From Lentisphaeria bacterium (GTDB lineage: Bacteria > Verrucomicrobiota > Lentisphaeria > Victivallales > UBA1829): a stretch of 64,000 bases of DNA. The notes below the pieces were generated by a model. It was not told the origin of the DNA, made no database searches, and worked only from the letters and a program-made list of their open reading frames with translations. The stretch spans positions 171-64,170 of the forward strand of contig JAFVSW010000335.1 in NCBI GenBank assembly GCA_017503545.1, read 5' to 3'. Made by a program: the position numbers and the translations under genes. This document shows positions 8,301 through 18,112 of the stretch, in pieces; the first letter of the stretch is position 1, and every line of letters starts with the position of its first letter.

Positions 8301-9896
8301 TTATTTATTTTTGCATTTCAAAATTCTGCGGAGATCGCGCCACACCATTTTCGGGCGGCGATATTCATCCAGCAGACCTTTGTTGTTGAAGCCGCGGGGT
8401 CTGGAAATCGCCATCACATTGTTGATATAAGTATTGGCATTGGCAAAATGCCACAATGCCAAGCCCATACAGCGGGGATCCGTCAGGACTTTATCCAATA
8501 CCAGACAACAGAGGTCAGACTGATATTCTTCCGACCAGCGGATGCCGGAATGATCGCCGTAAATGGCAGAAGCCCCGATTTCACTGATCATAAACGGTTT
8601 CTTGTCGGAAATATTTTCTTTCAGATATTTGTCGATGGTCGGGATTACATTTTCCAAACCTTCATCCGAATACCAGCCGGGGTAAATATTGATCGCCTGA
8701 ATGTCGCAAAATTCCATCCCCAAATCTTTTGCAACACGGTTACAGGCAAAGGTGGCAGGGCGTGTCGGATCCATCCGGTGGCAGATATCCACATACCGTT
8801 TGATCACATCCCGGACTTCCGGATGTTCGCTTGAACATTCGTTGAGGAATCCATGAATGATCAGAGACGGATGATTGATGCTGTTGCGGATGGTGATTTC
8901 CAACTGTTCCGCCAAAGTTTCCACGAACACGGAATTTTCCAGAAAATCATCCGGCACTTTGCCATTGCCCCATTGGGGTTTGTGACAATTTCCCCATGCC
9001 AGCGGTTCTTCCCACACCATCAAACCGAGACGGTCGCACATGTCAAACAGAAATTCACGTTGAGGATAATGACTGCCGCGGACAAAGTTATGTCCGGCTT
9101 CTTTCAGCATGATCAAGTCTGTTGCAATCAAAGATTCCGGTGTGGCGGAACCGAATTCGGGGTGACTTTCGTGGCGGTTGACCCCGATCAATTTGATTTT
9201 TTCCCCATTGAGCAGCAGATCGGGTCCACTCCAATCCAGAGTACGGATCCCGAACACAGCATCTTTTCCGTTGATCGTTACCGTATGGAGATTGGGAGTA
9301 TCCGGACTCCACACTTTAAAATTGGGAACATTGCAGCGGAACACCTTTTCCGTCGGCATCGTTTTGTATTCCACGCCATCGAAAGCGATCTGCAAGGTGG
9401 CAGCGGCGGTTTCCACATGGATCTCCACTTCCCCGGTTTCATGAGAAAGGGGGAAAACCTGAATGGAACGGATCTCATCCACTTCCACTTTGGTCAATGT
9501 CACATGGTCAAAAATACCGCCGAAGGGATAAAAGTCATAAAAATCCCGGAACAGGGGATGATCTTCTGAAAAATTATCGGTGCGGATCACGATTTCAACA
9601 GTGCCTTTTTCTGCCGGGAATTCCACTTCGGTGGGAGACCATGCAAACGGAGAATCTTTTTTCATTTCTCCATTGATAAACACAGCGGTCCGCATACCGG
9701 ACGAAGCGATCCGGAGACGATAAACGCCATTTTCGGCGACAGTAATATTCTTTTTGTACCAACCGCAGCCTCTTTTGGAATAATACATTCCGGCGACATC
9801 GAAACAACCGGGCACGGACATTGCAGAGTTGTAGCATGGAACATCATCACGGGCCGCAGTAAACGCGAAATCCCAAACGCCATCAAGATTTGTCAT
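8301..9896 (-). CDS. Glycoside hydrolase family 2 (beta-glucuronidase/beta-galactosidase-like), cytoplasmic
   Basis: NLDGVWDF, GVNRHE, NFVRGSHYP, CDRLGLMVWEE, NHPSLIIHGFLNE (acid/base), KPFMISEIGA (nucleophile), NNKGLLDEYRRPK. Confidence 0.92.
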   Translation of the reverse strand: MTNLDGVWDFAFTAARDDVPCYNSAMSVPGCFDVAGMYYSKRGCGWYKKNITVAENGVYRLRIASSGMRTAVFINGEMKKDSPFAWSPTEVEFPAEKGTVEIVIRTDNFSEDHPLFRDFYDFYPFGGIFDHVTLTKVEVDEIRSIQVFPLSHETGEVEIHVETAAATLQIAFDGVEYKTMPTEKVFRCNVPNFKVWSPDTPNLHTVTINGKDAVFGIRTLDWSGPDLLLNGEKIKLIGVNRHESHPEFGSATPESLIATDLIMLKEAGHNFVRGSHYPQREFLFDMCDRLGLMVWEEPLAWGNCHKPQWGNGKVPDDFLENSVFVETLAEQLEITIRNSINHPSLIIHGFLNECSSEHPEVRDVIKRYVDICHRMDPTRPATFACNRVAKDLGMEFCDIQAINIYPGWYSDEGLENVIPTIDKYLKENISDKKPFMISEIGASAIYGDHSGIRWSEEYQSDLCCLVLDKVLTDPRCMGLALWHFANANTYINNVMAISRPRGFNNKGLLDEYRRPKMVWRDLRRILKCKNK

Positions 9897-9931
9897 AATA
9901 TTTCTCCTAAAAACGATTTGACATTATTTAA

Positions 9932-10007
9932 AATATAGTGTAAATTACGCCATAGTCAAACGTAAAGAATGATAATTTTGTAACAAAAAATAAGGTTTTT
10001 GTAACAA
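9932..10007. promoter_or_regulatory. GH2 promoter plus tandem AraC-type binding sites
   Basis: Minus strand TTGACT-N16-TATATT (9932-9959). Direct repeats TTTTGTAACAA at 9976-9986 and 9997-10007, a 21-bp period. Confidence 0.6.
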
Positions 10008-10813
10008 TGAATATTTTTAAGCAGCTGACAACCGCAACGGGCGTTCACAAAACCGGAATATTCATTCGTTCGATCGGACATTATTTCATCAAAGATCCGG
10101 AGCCGGATAAATATGCAGACTTTGCGGAAATATTCTGGTGTCGTTCCGGCAGTGCGGTATTTTACGATCATGAAGGAAACGTCCACACGCTGAAAAAAGA
10201 TATGGTCTGGTATTATCCGCCGGGTTCCCGGCATAAGATCCGCCCGGATAAAAACGGGATCAATTACCGTTGGCTGACCATTGAAGGTGAAGATGCCGAA
10301 CTTCTGTTCAAAACGCTCCAGATCACTCCCGGTTTAAATCCTGCAGGCAAATGCCCGGATGAATTATTTGCATCGGTGGAATTGCATCTGCACGATCCGG
10401 ATATGCACCATCAAATGCGTGCGCTAGCCAGCGGTTTTGAGATTCTGACAAAAATCGTAACACCGGAACATCATATTCCGAAAATCGCGGAACAGGCAAA
10501 AGAAATCATCCAGACCAATTACAGTCAGTCGGATCTGAATGTGGAAATGCTTGCGGAACAATTGCATATCCACCGGGTCAGTCTCAGCCGTATATTTACC
10601 AATGCACTGGGGATCTCGCCGGTAAAATATCTATCCCAAACGCGCATGCATGCGGCAATGGAACTGCTTTCCTCCACGGAATTGACAATCAAAGAAATTG
10701 CGCTCCAATGCGGCTTTACCTCAGATGGATATTTTGTCAAAATGTTCCGGGAACAAATGAAACAGACGCCCCGGGAATTCCGTCTTCTGTACGGGAAAAA
10801 AGATCTTGTCTGA
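10007..10813 (+). CDS. AraC family transcriptional regulator
   Basis: N-terminal cupin-like domain and C-terminal double HTH (LTIKEIALQCGFTSDGYFVKMFREQMKQTPREFR); divergent from the GH2 gene. Confidence 0.93.
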   Translation: MNIFKQLTTATGVHKTGIFIRSIGHYFIKDPEPDKYADFAEIFWCRSGSAVFYDHEGNVHTLKKDMVWYYPPGSRHKIRPDKNGINYRWLTIEGEDAELLFKTLQITPGLNPAGKCPDELFASVELHLHDPDMHHQMRALASGFEILTKIVTPEHHIPKIAEQAKEIIQTNYSQSDLNVEMLAEQLHIHRVSLSRIFTNALGISPVKYLSQTRMHAAMELLSSTELTIKEIALQCGFTSDGYFVKMFREQMKQTPREFRLLYGKKDLV

Positions 10814-10852
10814 CACGGCAAAAAATTTTTGAAAAAAAATTGAAATTTTTAT

Positions 10853-10880
10853 TTGCATTTTTCAGGAGTGCGATTATACT
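10853..10880 (+). promoter_or_regulatory. Sigma70-like promoter preceding a long leader
   Basis: TTGCAT-N16-TATACT with an A/T-rich upstream element. Confidence 0.6.
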
Positions 10881-11140
10881 ACACCATATCAGGGGTATCT
10901 CTTATAACGGCACATATATTCATCCCGGGTCATCCCGGTTTTGATGTATCTGAGAATTCCAATCATCCACAGATAAAAATATGAGGGCACCGCCGCAATA
11001 ACAGCAAAACTGTTTTACGGTGAAGAGCTTGATCAAACAACGATTTAACATTCTCTTAGAATATCAAGGGAGTTTTGTCGTCGCTTGATCACACAACCCG
11101 GCACAAAAAAAATCAAAAAATAACGAAAGGACAAAAAACG

Positions 11141-14100
11141 ATGATGACAGGGAAAATGTTTCCTCTGCTTGTGCTGGCATCCTTCATTCCGGCACAGGCT
11201 CTCCATGCCGTTGTTCAACCGGCAAATGCACCGACAACCGCTACCGTCAAATCAAAAACGGGCACCGGAAACAAAACGATTGTCTGTTCCGGGATAAAAG
11301 AAATCAATGAAGGCTTGCAATTGACATTCCGTGATCTGACCGGAGAGAGAGTGATATTTCATGCAGATAATACTACGCAGGCAAACGTTGAAGTCATTCC
11401 GGCACTTGCAAAGGGTTTGAAATGTTCCTTTCAAAACGATAACATTTATCTGGAAGGCGAATTCCAGCCGCTCACCCGGTATACGATCCGTATTTCCGGC
11501 ACACTCCGTTCCGTTTCCGGCAATACCCTGAAACAGAATCTTGAAGTGCAGCATAAAACAAGTGAATTGCCCCCCTATTTGCGTTTTCTTACAAACGGAG
11601 TGTATTTCTCACCCGGGGCAAAAAATTTCAGTATTCCCTATTCACTCCGTACAGTAAAAAAATATCAGTTGAAAATTTCCCGTTTGTATGACAGCAATCT
11701 GAATGAATCGGTTCTGAATTCTGACAGCAACATTCTCAACCTCGGAGAACCGGTCGTTGATACCACGATCACCACCCCGAAATCCGCCATGCAGCAAACA
11801 ATGTATTACGGCAATCTGGATTTGAGCCAATACATCAAAAACAGAAAGAAAGGCATTTACGCCGTCTCTATCTCTGACCCGGAACGTTTTACAGATGACT
11901 GGCAATACAGCAATCGGGAAGACAAACGGCTCGTCATTGTAACCGATCTGGGCGTTTCCGCTGCGGTGGATTCCGCAAAAGGATACGCCATGATCGCAGT
12001 ACAATCTCTTTCCGATGGCAAAGCAGTCAAAGGCGCAACCGTTCACGCAATCTCCAATAAACGACAGGTGATTGCCCGTGGCGTGACCGGGAAAGATGGT
12101 ATTCTGAATCTGGAATTCTCCAAAAAGTTCAAGGAACAGAATCACGAATATTTTTCCCATTTCATCATTGAAAAAGGCGATGATAAAACCGTATTCCATC
12201 CGGACGCCGGTATGAACCTGCCTCTGGCACAGAACTTTATCCGTTCTCTTGCGGATGAACCAAACGCATTCGTTTACGGGGAACGGAATCTGTTCCGTCC
12301 GGGTGAAACAGTCCGCGTTTCCTCCTTCATCCGCCAGATGAATAAAGGAAAGAGTGCTGTTCTTGCCAACGCTCCGCTTAAATTTTTCCTTTACAGCATT
12401 GATTCGCAGACCATTCTTGATACACGTATGGTCCGTACTGACAAGTATGGATATACCTCTATGGAATTCAAATTGCCGCCCCATGCCGCATTGGGATCTT
12501 ATCGTGTGTATTGCGGGTTGACAGATAAAGATGATTACGGTTCTTTCCATTTCAAAATCTCCAATTTCATGCCGGACCGGATCAAAGTCAGTTTGAAACC
12601 GGAGAATGACTTTATAACCGGGAACAAAAGTCTGACTTTTACGCACAATGTCAATTACTATTTCGGCCCGGCAGCAGAAAACGTAACATACCGTTTTTCT
12701 GTACAGGATCAGGGCCCGTTCATGCCGGACCATTTCAAAGGCTGGACAGTCGGCGATAAAGCAACGGCGGGCAACCGGACAAAACCATTCAATGCCAGCG
12801 GCAGTAAACTGGCAAAAAAATCACACCTGATCTGGCCCGGTTACAAAACCAAAGAACCGGTAAGCACTCCGGTACAAATGATTGCAAGTCTCCGGGTAAA
12901 CGAACCAGGAGGACGCAGTGTGACCGGATATGCACCGTTTGTGTATTATCCGACTTATCAATTTATCGGTATCCGCAAGGTTACCGCCGTCAAAAATACC
13001 GATGCTGCCTTTGATTTGAAACTGCTCCCCGCATTGGCGGCAAAAGAAACCGATTCCACGGCAGATGTCACCTGGACTTTATACAAACAGGAATGGGAAT
13101 ATATCAGCCGGAAATCCGGGGACCGGTACATCCGGGAATGGGAACTGGTCAAAACCCCCATTCACAAATACAAAAAAGAATTGCTTACCGCAGTCACCGA
13201 CAAAGAAAAACAACTCGTCCTTTCCAATCTGCCGGAAGGATATTATCTGCTCTCTGTCCGTGGGAAAAATATGCGTACTGAGATTTCGTTCTGGCATGAA
13301 CAGGGTACTGCCGGTGAACGCAGCCGCGATCCGAATAAACTCGTGGTAAAAACCGATAAAGAGACTTATCAGCCGGGCGATACCATCAAGATCAAATTGT
13401 CCGGAAAAGCGGGAGACAGTGCCTTGATTGCTTATGGGGAATCGACGATCGAAGGTGCCTTCCGTTATGACTTCAAAAAGAATGGCGAAACAGAACTCCG
13501 GATTCCCATCCGCCGTGATTTGGAATCAGAAAGTTGGTATGGTATTCTGACACTCGTCAATGGCAAAAACAATGATGTCAAACGTACCCATGCATTTCTG
13601 AAGTTCAAAGTGGATCAGAAAACACGCCGTTTGACTCCCGAACTCAAATGTCTGAATAAAGTCAAGCCCGGTGAAAAAATCACGGTGGATATTGCCCTTA
13701 CCGATGGCAAAGGGAAACCTTCTGCCGGTCTGGTCCACGTTTTTGCGGTGGATGAAGGTGTATTGGCAATTACCGGATACAAAGCACCGGATATTTTCAA
13801 TGCTTTTTATGGTCCGGTATGGTTCCAGCCGAAGATGTATGACAATTACGGCAATTTCTTCCCGGATCTGCGGCTTCTGCCTGACGGCTCCATCGGGGGC
13901 GGTGTCATGAAAAAAGCATCTGCGACCTCAAAATTCCGGGACATGACTCATCAATTGAAAGAAATCGCCGTCGCCTTTGCCCCGGCAGTCAAAGTCGGCA
14001 AAAACGGCAAAGGGAAAGTGGAACTTGCTCTGCCCGATCATACCGGAGCCATGCGCATCATGGCAGTGGCTGCATCGGAAAATGCTGCCGGGTCTGCAGA

Positions 14101-15940
14101 AAAACAAATCACCATGCGGAATGCAATCAGTCTGACACTTTCCGCACCGAATGTGGTCAACCCCGGCGATACTTTTGATGTAGCATGTTCGGTATTCAAT
14201 CATGATCTGCCGGATTCCGCTTACAGTATCAAGGTGGAACCGTCCAATGTTTACACCATTGTAACACCGGCGAAAAACGGCACACTTGCGAAAGGAAAAA
14301 GCGGAAACTTCTCCATCCGGTGCAAAGCGGCAACCGCACCCGGCAAAGGCAATATCACCGTCACCCTTTCCATGAATGGCGTTGTTCAGAAAGAAACGAT
14401 TCCGCTGAATATACGGATTCCGACTGCATTGGAACGCCGGAGCAATATCACCGTTCTGGAAAGCGGCAAGTCCAAAACTTATACCATCAAAGCAAATGAA
14501 TTTTACCGTGGCAAACACACATTGACCATTTCCGCCTCCCCGGCAGTTTCCCTGCCGCTGGCATTGAATTATCTCAATGAATATCCCTACGGCTGCCTGG
14601 AACAGACCGTTTCCAGCGCATTCCCGTTCCTGGCAATGGAAAATCTGGAAAAGAGCGGATTCCTGACTCCCGCAGCCGCGGCATCCGGCAAAGACCGGCT
14701 TGCTTTGGGTATCGGTAATATCCTTTCCATGCAGAAAGCAAACGGCGGGTTCTCCACTTGGCCGGGAGGCAGGGATGTCTGGTCGGACGGCTCTGTTTAT
14801 GCGGCACATTTTCTGTTGGAAGCCTATAATCGGAAAATGCCGGGCGTAACGGCAAAAACCGTTCAGAATGTTTTGAACTGGGTGGAAAATCAAATTTCCT
14901 CCAACAATGCAAGCAATAACCGTCTGTTCTGTGCTTATGCCGGATACGTTCTTGCACTGGGCAACCGGAATTCCGGAGTTCAAATGATGCGGAATATCCT
15001 GACATCCGAAAAACAGGATTTTGCCGCCATGATCGCCGCCTTTGCATTGATCCGCGGCGGATATGCCGCAGAAGGCGCATCTGTCCTTTCGGATTTGATG
15101 CAGGCAGAAGTATGGCGCAAACCGGAAATGCTTTGCGGATGTGTCAATGAGGCTGCCGGATTGGGGATGACGTTGTACCTGCTCCTGGAAAATATGCCCC
15201 GCCATCCGGAAGCCGTCAAAATTGCAACTCTGCTTGCGGGAAAAATCCGTCCGGATTACAATGCCTGGGGCGGCACACAAGCCAATGCCTGGGCTGCCCT
15301 CGGTCTCGCCGCCTTCGCTGCAGATTTTCCGTCAAACGGCAACAATACAGTCGTGATCCGGCAGAATGGCAAACAGCAAGAGTACACGGTAAAAACAACT
15401 CTTGATATTGCCATGACTCCCGGCAAAACAGTAACCGTAATCAACAGTGGCAAATCGGTATTTACCGTCCGCCAGACTTCAGAAGGTCACCCGGTCAAAG
15501 CAGAAAGCCGGAAGGGTGCCATCCAACTGTACCGGATGTATCTGAATGAGAATGGGTTCCCCGTCACCAGTGTCAAACATGGTGAAATCGTCATGGTCCG
15601 GATCTATCTGAAATCCGCCAAAGACATCGAAGATCTGGTGATTTGCGACCTGCTCCCCGCCGGATTGGAAATCGAAGATGAACACCTGCTGAACCGTTCC
15701 AGTGCCAAAAACATCAAGAAGAACGGACTGTATTCCAAATATATGGAAAAAGGTGTTGACCGCTTCCTCTTCTTCGGCGATTACTGCGGCAGCGACCGGA
15801 AAGAACCGGCGTATCTGGAATACCGCACCCGTGCTGTATCCAGAGGGGTCTATACGCTCTCCGGATGCTCCGCACAAGCCATGTACGATCCCGATGTTAC
15901 CGGTTCCATTGCAGATAACAGAACGTTCACTGTGGAATAA
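11141..15940 (+). CDS. Bacterial alpha-2-macroglobulin
   Basis: Thioester motif YPYGCLEQ, ERNLFRPGETV, AVDEGVL, DLLPAGLE, AMYDP. Start placed at ATG 11141 after RBS AAAGGA. Confidence 0.95.
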   Translation: MMTGKMFPLLVLASFIPAQALHAVVQPANAPTTATVKSKTGTGNKTIVCSGIKEINEGLQLTFRDLTGERVIFHADNTTQANVEVIPALAKGLKCSFQNDNIYLEGEFQPLTRYTIRISGTLRSVSGNTLKQNLEVQHKTSELPPYLRFLTNGVYFSPGAKNFSIPYSLRTVKKYQLKISRLYDSNLNESVLNSDSNILNLGEPVVDTTITTPKSAMQQTMYYGNLDLSQYIKNRKKGIYAVSISDPERFTDDWQYSNREDKRLVIVTDLGVSAAVDSAKGYAMIAVQSLSDGKAVKGATVHAISNKRQVIARGVTGKDGILNLEFSKKFKEQNHEYFSHFIIEKGDDKTVFHPDAGMNLPLAQNFIRSLADEPNAFVYGERNLFRPGETVRVSSFIRQMNKGKSAVLANAPLKFFLYSIDSQTILDTRMVRTDKYGYTSMEFKLPPHAALGSYRVYCGLTDKDDYGSFHFKISNFMPDRIKVSLKPENDFITGNKSLTFTHNVNYYFGPAAENVTYRFSVQDQGPFMPDHFKGWTVGDKATAGNRTKPFNASGSKLAKKSHLIWPGYKTKEPVSTPVQMIASLRVNEPGGRSVTGYAPFVYYPTYQFIGIRKVTAVKNTDAAFDLKLLPALAAKETDSTADVTWTLYKQEWEYISRKSGDRYIREWELVKTPIHKYKKELLTAVTDKEKQLVLSNLPEGYYLLSVRGKNMRTEISFWHEQGTAGERSRDPNKLVVKTDKETYQPGDTIKIKLSGKAGDSALIAYGESTIEGAFRYDFKKNGETELRIPIRRDLESESWYGILTLVNGKNNDVKRTHAFLKFKVDQKTRRLTPELKCLNKVKPGEKITVDIALTDGKGKPSAGLVHVFAVDEGVLAITGYKAPDIFNAFYGPVWFQPKMYDNYGNFFPDLRLLPDGSIGGGVMKKASATSKFRDMTHQLKEIAVAFAPAVKVGKNGKGKVELALPDHTGAMRIMAVAASENAAGSAEKQITMRNAISLTLSAPNVVNPGDTFDVACSVFNHDLPDSAYSIKVEPSNVYTIVTPAKNGTLAKGKSGNFSIRCKAATAPGKGNITVTLSMNGVVQKETIPLNIRIPTALERRSNITVLESGKSKTYTIKANEFYRGKHTLTISASPAVSLPLALNYLNEYPYGCLEQTVSSAFPFLAMENLEKSGFLTPAAAASGKDRLALGIGNILSMQKANGGFSTWPGGRDVWSDGSVYAAHFLLEAYNRKMPGVTAKTVQNVLNWVENQISSNNASNNRLFCAYAGYVLALGNRNSGVQMMRNILTSEKQDFAAMIAAFALIRGGYAAEGASVLSDLMQAEVWRKPEMLCGCVNEAAGLGMTLYLLLENMPRHPEAVKIATLLAGKIRPDYNAWGGTQANAWAALGLAAFAADFPSNGNNTVVIRQNGKQQEYTVKTTLDIAMTPGKTVTVINSGKSVFTVRQTSEGHPVKAESRKGAIQLYRMYLNENGFPVTSVKHGEIVMVRIYLKSAKDIEDLVICDLLPAGLEIEDEHLLNRSSAKNIKKNGLYSKYMEKGVDRFLFFGDYCGSDRKEPAYLEYRTRAVSRGVYTLSGCSAQAMYDPDVTGSIADNRTFTVE

Positions 15941-18112
15941 ATGAAACTTTCTGCAAGACGATTCTTGATTCTGACTGTGGCGGCAGGTATCATCATACTT
16001 GCCGCCGCTGCTGGAACACTCTGGTATTTTGCCCCGCAATGGCTCGCGGATCCGACAGGACATCTGACGAAGCAGACACCTCTCCGGGTCTATTATGACC
16101 GGTATGGGAAAGAAGCATATCTGGAACGGACTTATGATGTACAATGGCGTTTTCATACGCCGTTATCCGCTGTTCCGCCTCATGTGATACAAGTGATCCT
16201 TGCCGCGGAAGACCGTAATTTTTACGAACATTCCGGCGTGGATTATGCCTCGATCTTCCGTGCCATGATCCAAAATCTGAAGCATTTCCGGATCGTTTCC
16301 GGTGCTTCCACTGTCACGATGCAATTGGCAGGAATGACATTCCCCAAAAGAGAACGTTCTTTGAAACGGAAGATTCATCAGGCTCTCATCGCCAGAAAAC
16401 TGGAACAGATATGGACCAAAGACAGAATATTGGAAGAATATCTCAACCGGATTCCGTTCGGCGGTAAAATTTACGGTATCGAAGCCGCAGCCAGATATTA
16501 TTTCGGAATCACAGCAGAAAAACTCACCATCGCAGAAACCGCTCTCCTTTGCGGTCTGCCGCAACGCCCGAACGCATACCGTCCGGACAGACATTATGAT
16601 CTGGCACGGGATCGGCAGAAACGGGTGTTGATCATGTTGGCAAGACAGGGAATCATTCGGGAAAATCAGGTGAACTCCATGTTTGCAGAACGCCCCCGTC
16701 TCCGGGATTTCCGATACAAATCGGATATGGAACGGCTCGGTCAATGCGGCGAAGCCATATTTTATTTCCGGCAAGCCGCAAGACAGGGGAAATATCAATA
16801 TAACATCCATACCGCATGGGATCCGGATATTTCCGCCGCCCTCCATCAAATCTTGAAAAATGCCACCGGAAAAACCGGGGGACCGCCCCATGGTGCCGGT
16901 GTCATTATCAATAATCGAACCGGAGAAGTCATTGCCATGGCAGGCACGGTCGATTTTCATTCCCCATCCGGCGGTCAGGTCAACGCCGCCATGTCATTCC
17001 GCACAGCGGGGAGCGTATTGAAACCATTTCTGTATCAGGAAGCCATCAATGCCGGTTTGATCTGCAGCGATACCATTCTGCAAGATACGCCGATCCGATT
17101 CCGGGATTATACGCCGGAAAATGCCGATGGAGAATTCCGGGGTACCGTCAATGTCCGGGATGCTTTGACCCGATCCCTGAATACGCCGGCGGTCCGTCTC
17201 ACCGCACAACTCACGCCGTACCGGGTCGCCGCCGCATTCGCAAAACATGGTTTGATGCAAAAAAATCTTACCCGACAACAAGCAAAAAAAGCCGGACTTT
17301 CCCTGACACTCGGCACTGCCGGACATACGCTGTATTCCATCACAAAAGCCTATACCGTTTTTACCGGACCGCAATGCAGAGGATCGTTCCTGAAAGTTGA
17401 TATGCACGCAAATGCGCCGGAACGATTTCCCACCCCTGCCGATGCCATGATCGCACAGATCCTTTCCACTCTGCCACTGCCCGGCGCACCCTGCCTGACT
17501 GCGGGGTGGAAAACCGGAACCTCCTCCGGATGCCGGGATGCCTGGTGTGCCGCATTTACGCCTGAATATACCATCGGGGTATGGATGGGCAATAAAAACG
17601 GATCCTGTATTTACGGAATGACAGGCAGCGATCATGCCGCTCCGGTTGCCGGTGCCATCCTGCAGGAATTATACAAACACGGCGGTGCCCCTGCCCCCAT
17701 GCCTCATACCGGAGATCAACGCTGTTTTGAATTCTCAACGCTTTGCTCTGTGACCGGGTTGACAGCATCCGCGTTATGCAGCAAACGGTACAGCGGTGTT
17801 GTTGCAAAAGGAATACCATTACGCAGATGCCGTTCCTGTTCCGGTGCGCAAAGGAAAGAATATATCCGGATCCTTTCCCCGAAAGCCGGAGAATATATTG
17901 CCGATGCCGACAATGTTGTAAAATTGCGTATTCAAACAGAAACACCCAATACCGTCTGGTTCTGTAACGGGGAATACTGGGGCGAATGTGAAGACGGAGA
18001 ACGAAAGACTTTGACACCGGGCAAATATACCATTACTGCCATGTCCGCTACGGATGAAAAATTATCTCCCGGCAGAGTGGAAATTCTGGTCAAAGCACAG
18101 AATGTTAAATAA
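15941..18112 (+). CDS. pbpC: Penicillin-binding protein 1C
   Basis: Transglycosylase motifs EDRNFYEHSGVD and SGASTVTMQLA; transpeptidase SVLK, SLN, KTG; directly follows the alpha-2-macroglobulin gene. Confidence 0.93.
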   Translation: MKLSARRFLILTVAAGIIILAAAAGTLWYFAPQWLADPTGHLTKQTPLRVYYDRYGKEAYLERTYDVQWRFHTPLSAVPPHVIQVILAAEDRNFYEHSGVDYASIFRAMIQNLKHFRIVSGASTVTMQLAGMTFPKRERSLKRKIHQALIARKLEQIWTKDRILEEYLNRIPFGGKIYGIEAAARYYFGITAEKLTIAETALLCGLPQRPNAYRPDRHYDLARDRQKRVLIMLARQGIIRENQVNSMFAERPRLRDFRYKSDMERLGQCGEAIFYFRQAARQGKYQYNIHTAWDPDISAALHQILKNATGKTGGPPHGAGVIINNRTGEVIAMAGTVDFHSPSGGQVNAAMSFRTAGSVLKPFLYQEAINAGLICSDTILQDTPIRFRDYTPENADGEFRGTVNVRDALTRSLNTPAVRLTAQLTPYRVAAAFAKHGLMQKNLTRQQAKKAGLSLTLGTAGHTLYSITKAYTVFTGPQCRGSFLKVDMHANAPERFPTPADAMIAQILSTLPLPGAPCLTAGWKTGTSSGCRDAWCAAFTPEYTIGVWMGNKNGSCIYGMTGSDHAAPVAGAILQELYKHGGAPAPMPHTGDQRCFEFSTLCSVTGLTASALCSKRYSGVVAKGIPLRRCRSCSGAQRKEYIRILSPKAGEYIADADNVVKLRIQTETPNTVWFCNGEYWGECEDGERKTLTPGKYTITAMSATDEKLSPGRVEILVKAQNVK

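Noticed and set aside
10885-11100. tmRNA, RNase P, SRP, 6S RNA or a known riboswitch
   Set aside because: I could not find their signature sequences, so it is kept only as an unassigned structured leader.
11141-18112. Alpha-2-macroglobulin/pbpC pair as a novel system
   Set aside because: This is a well-described conserved gene pair.
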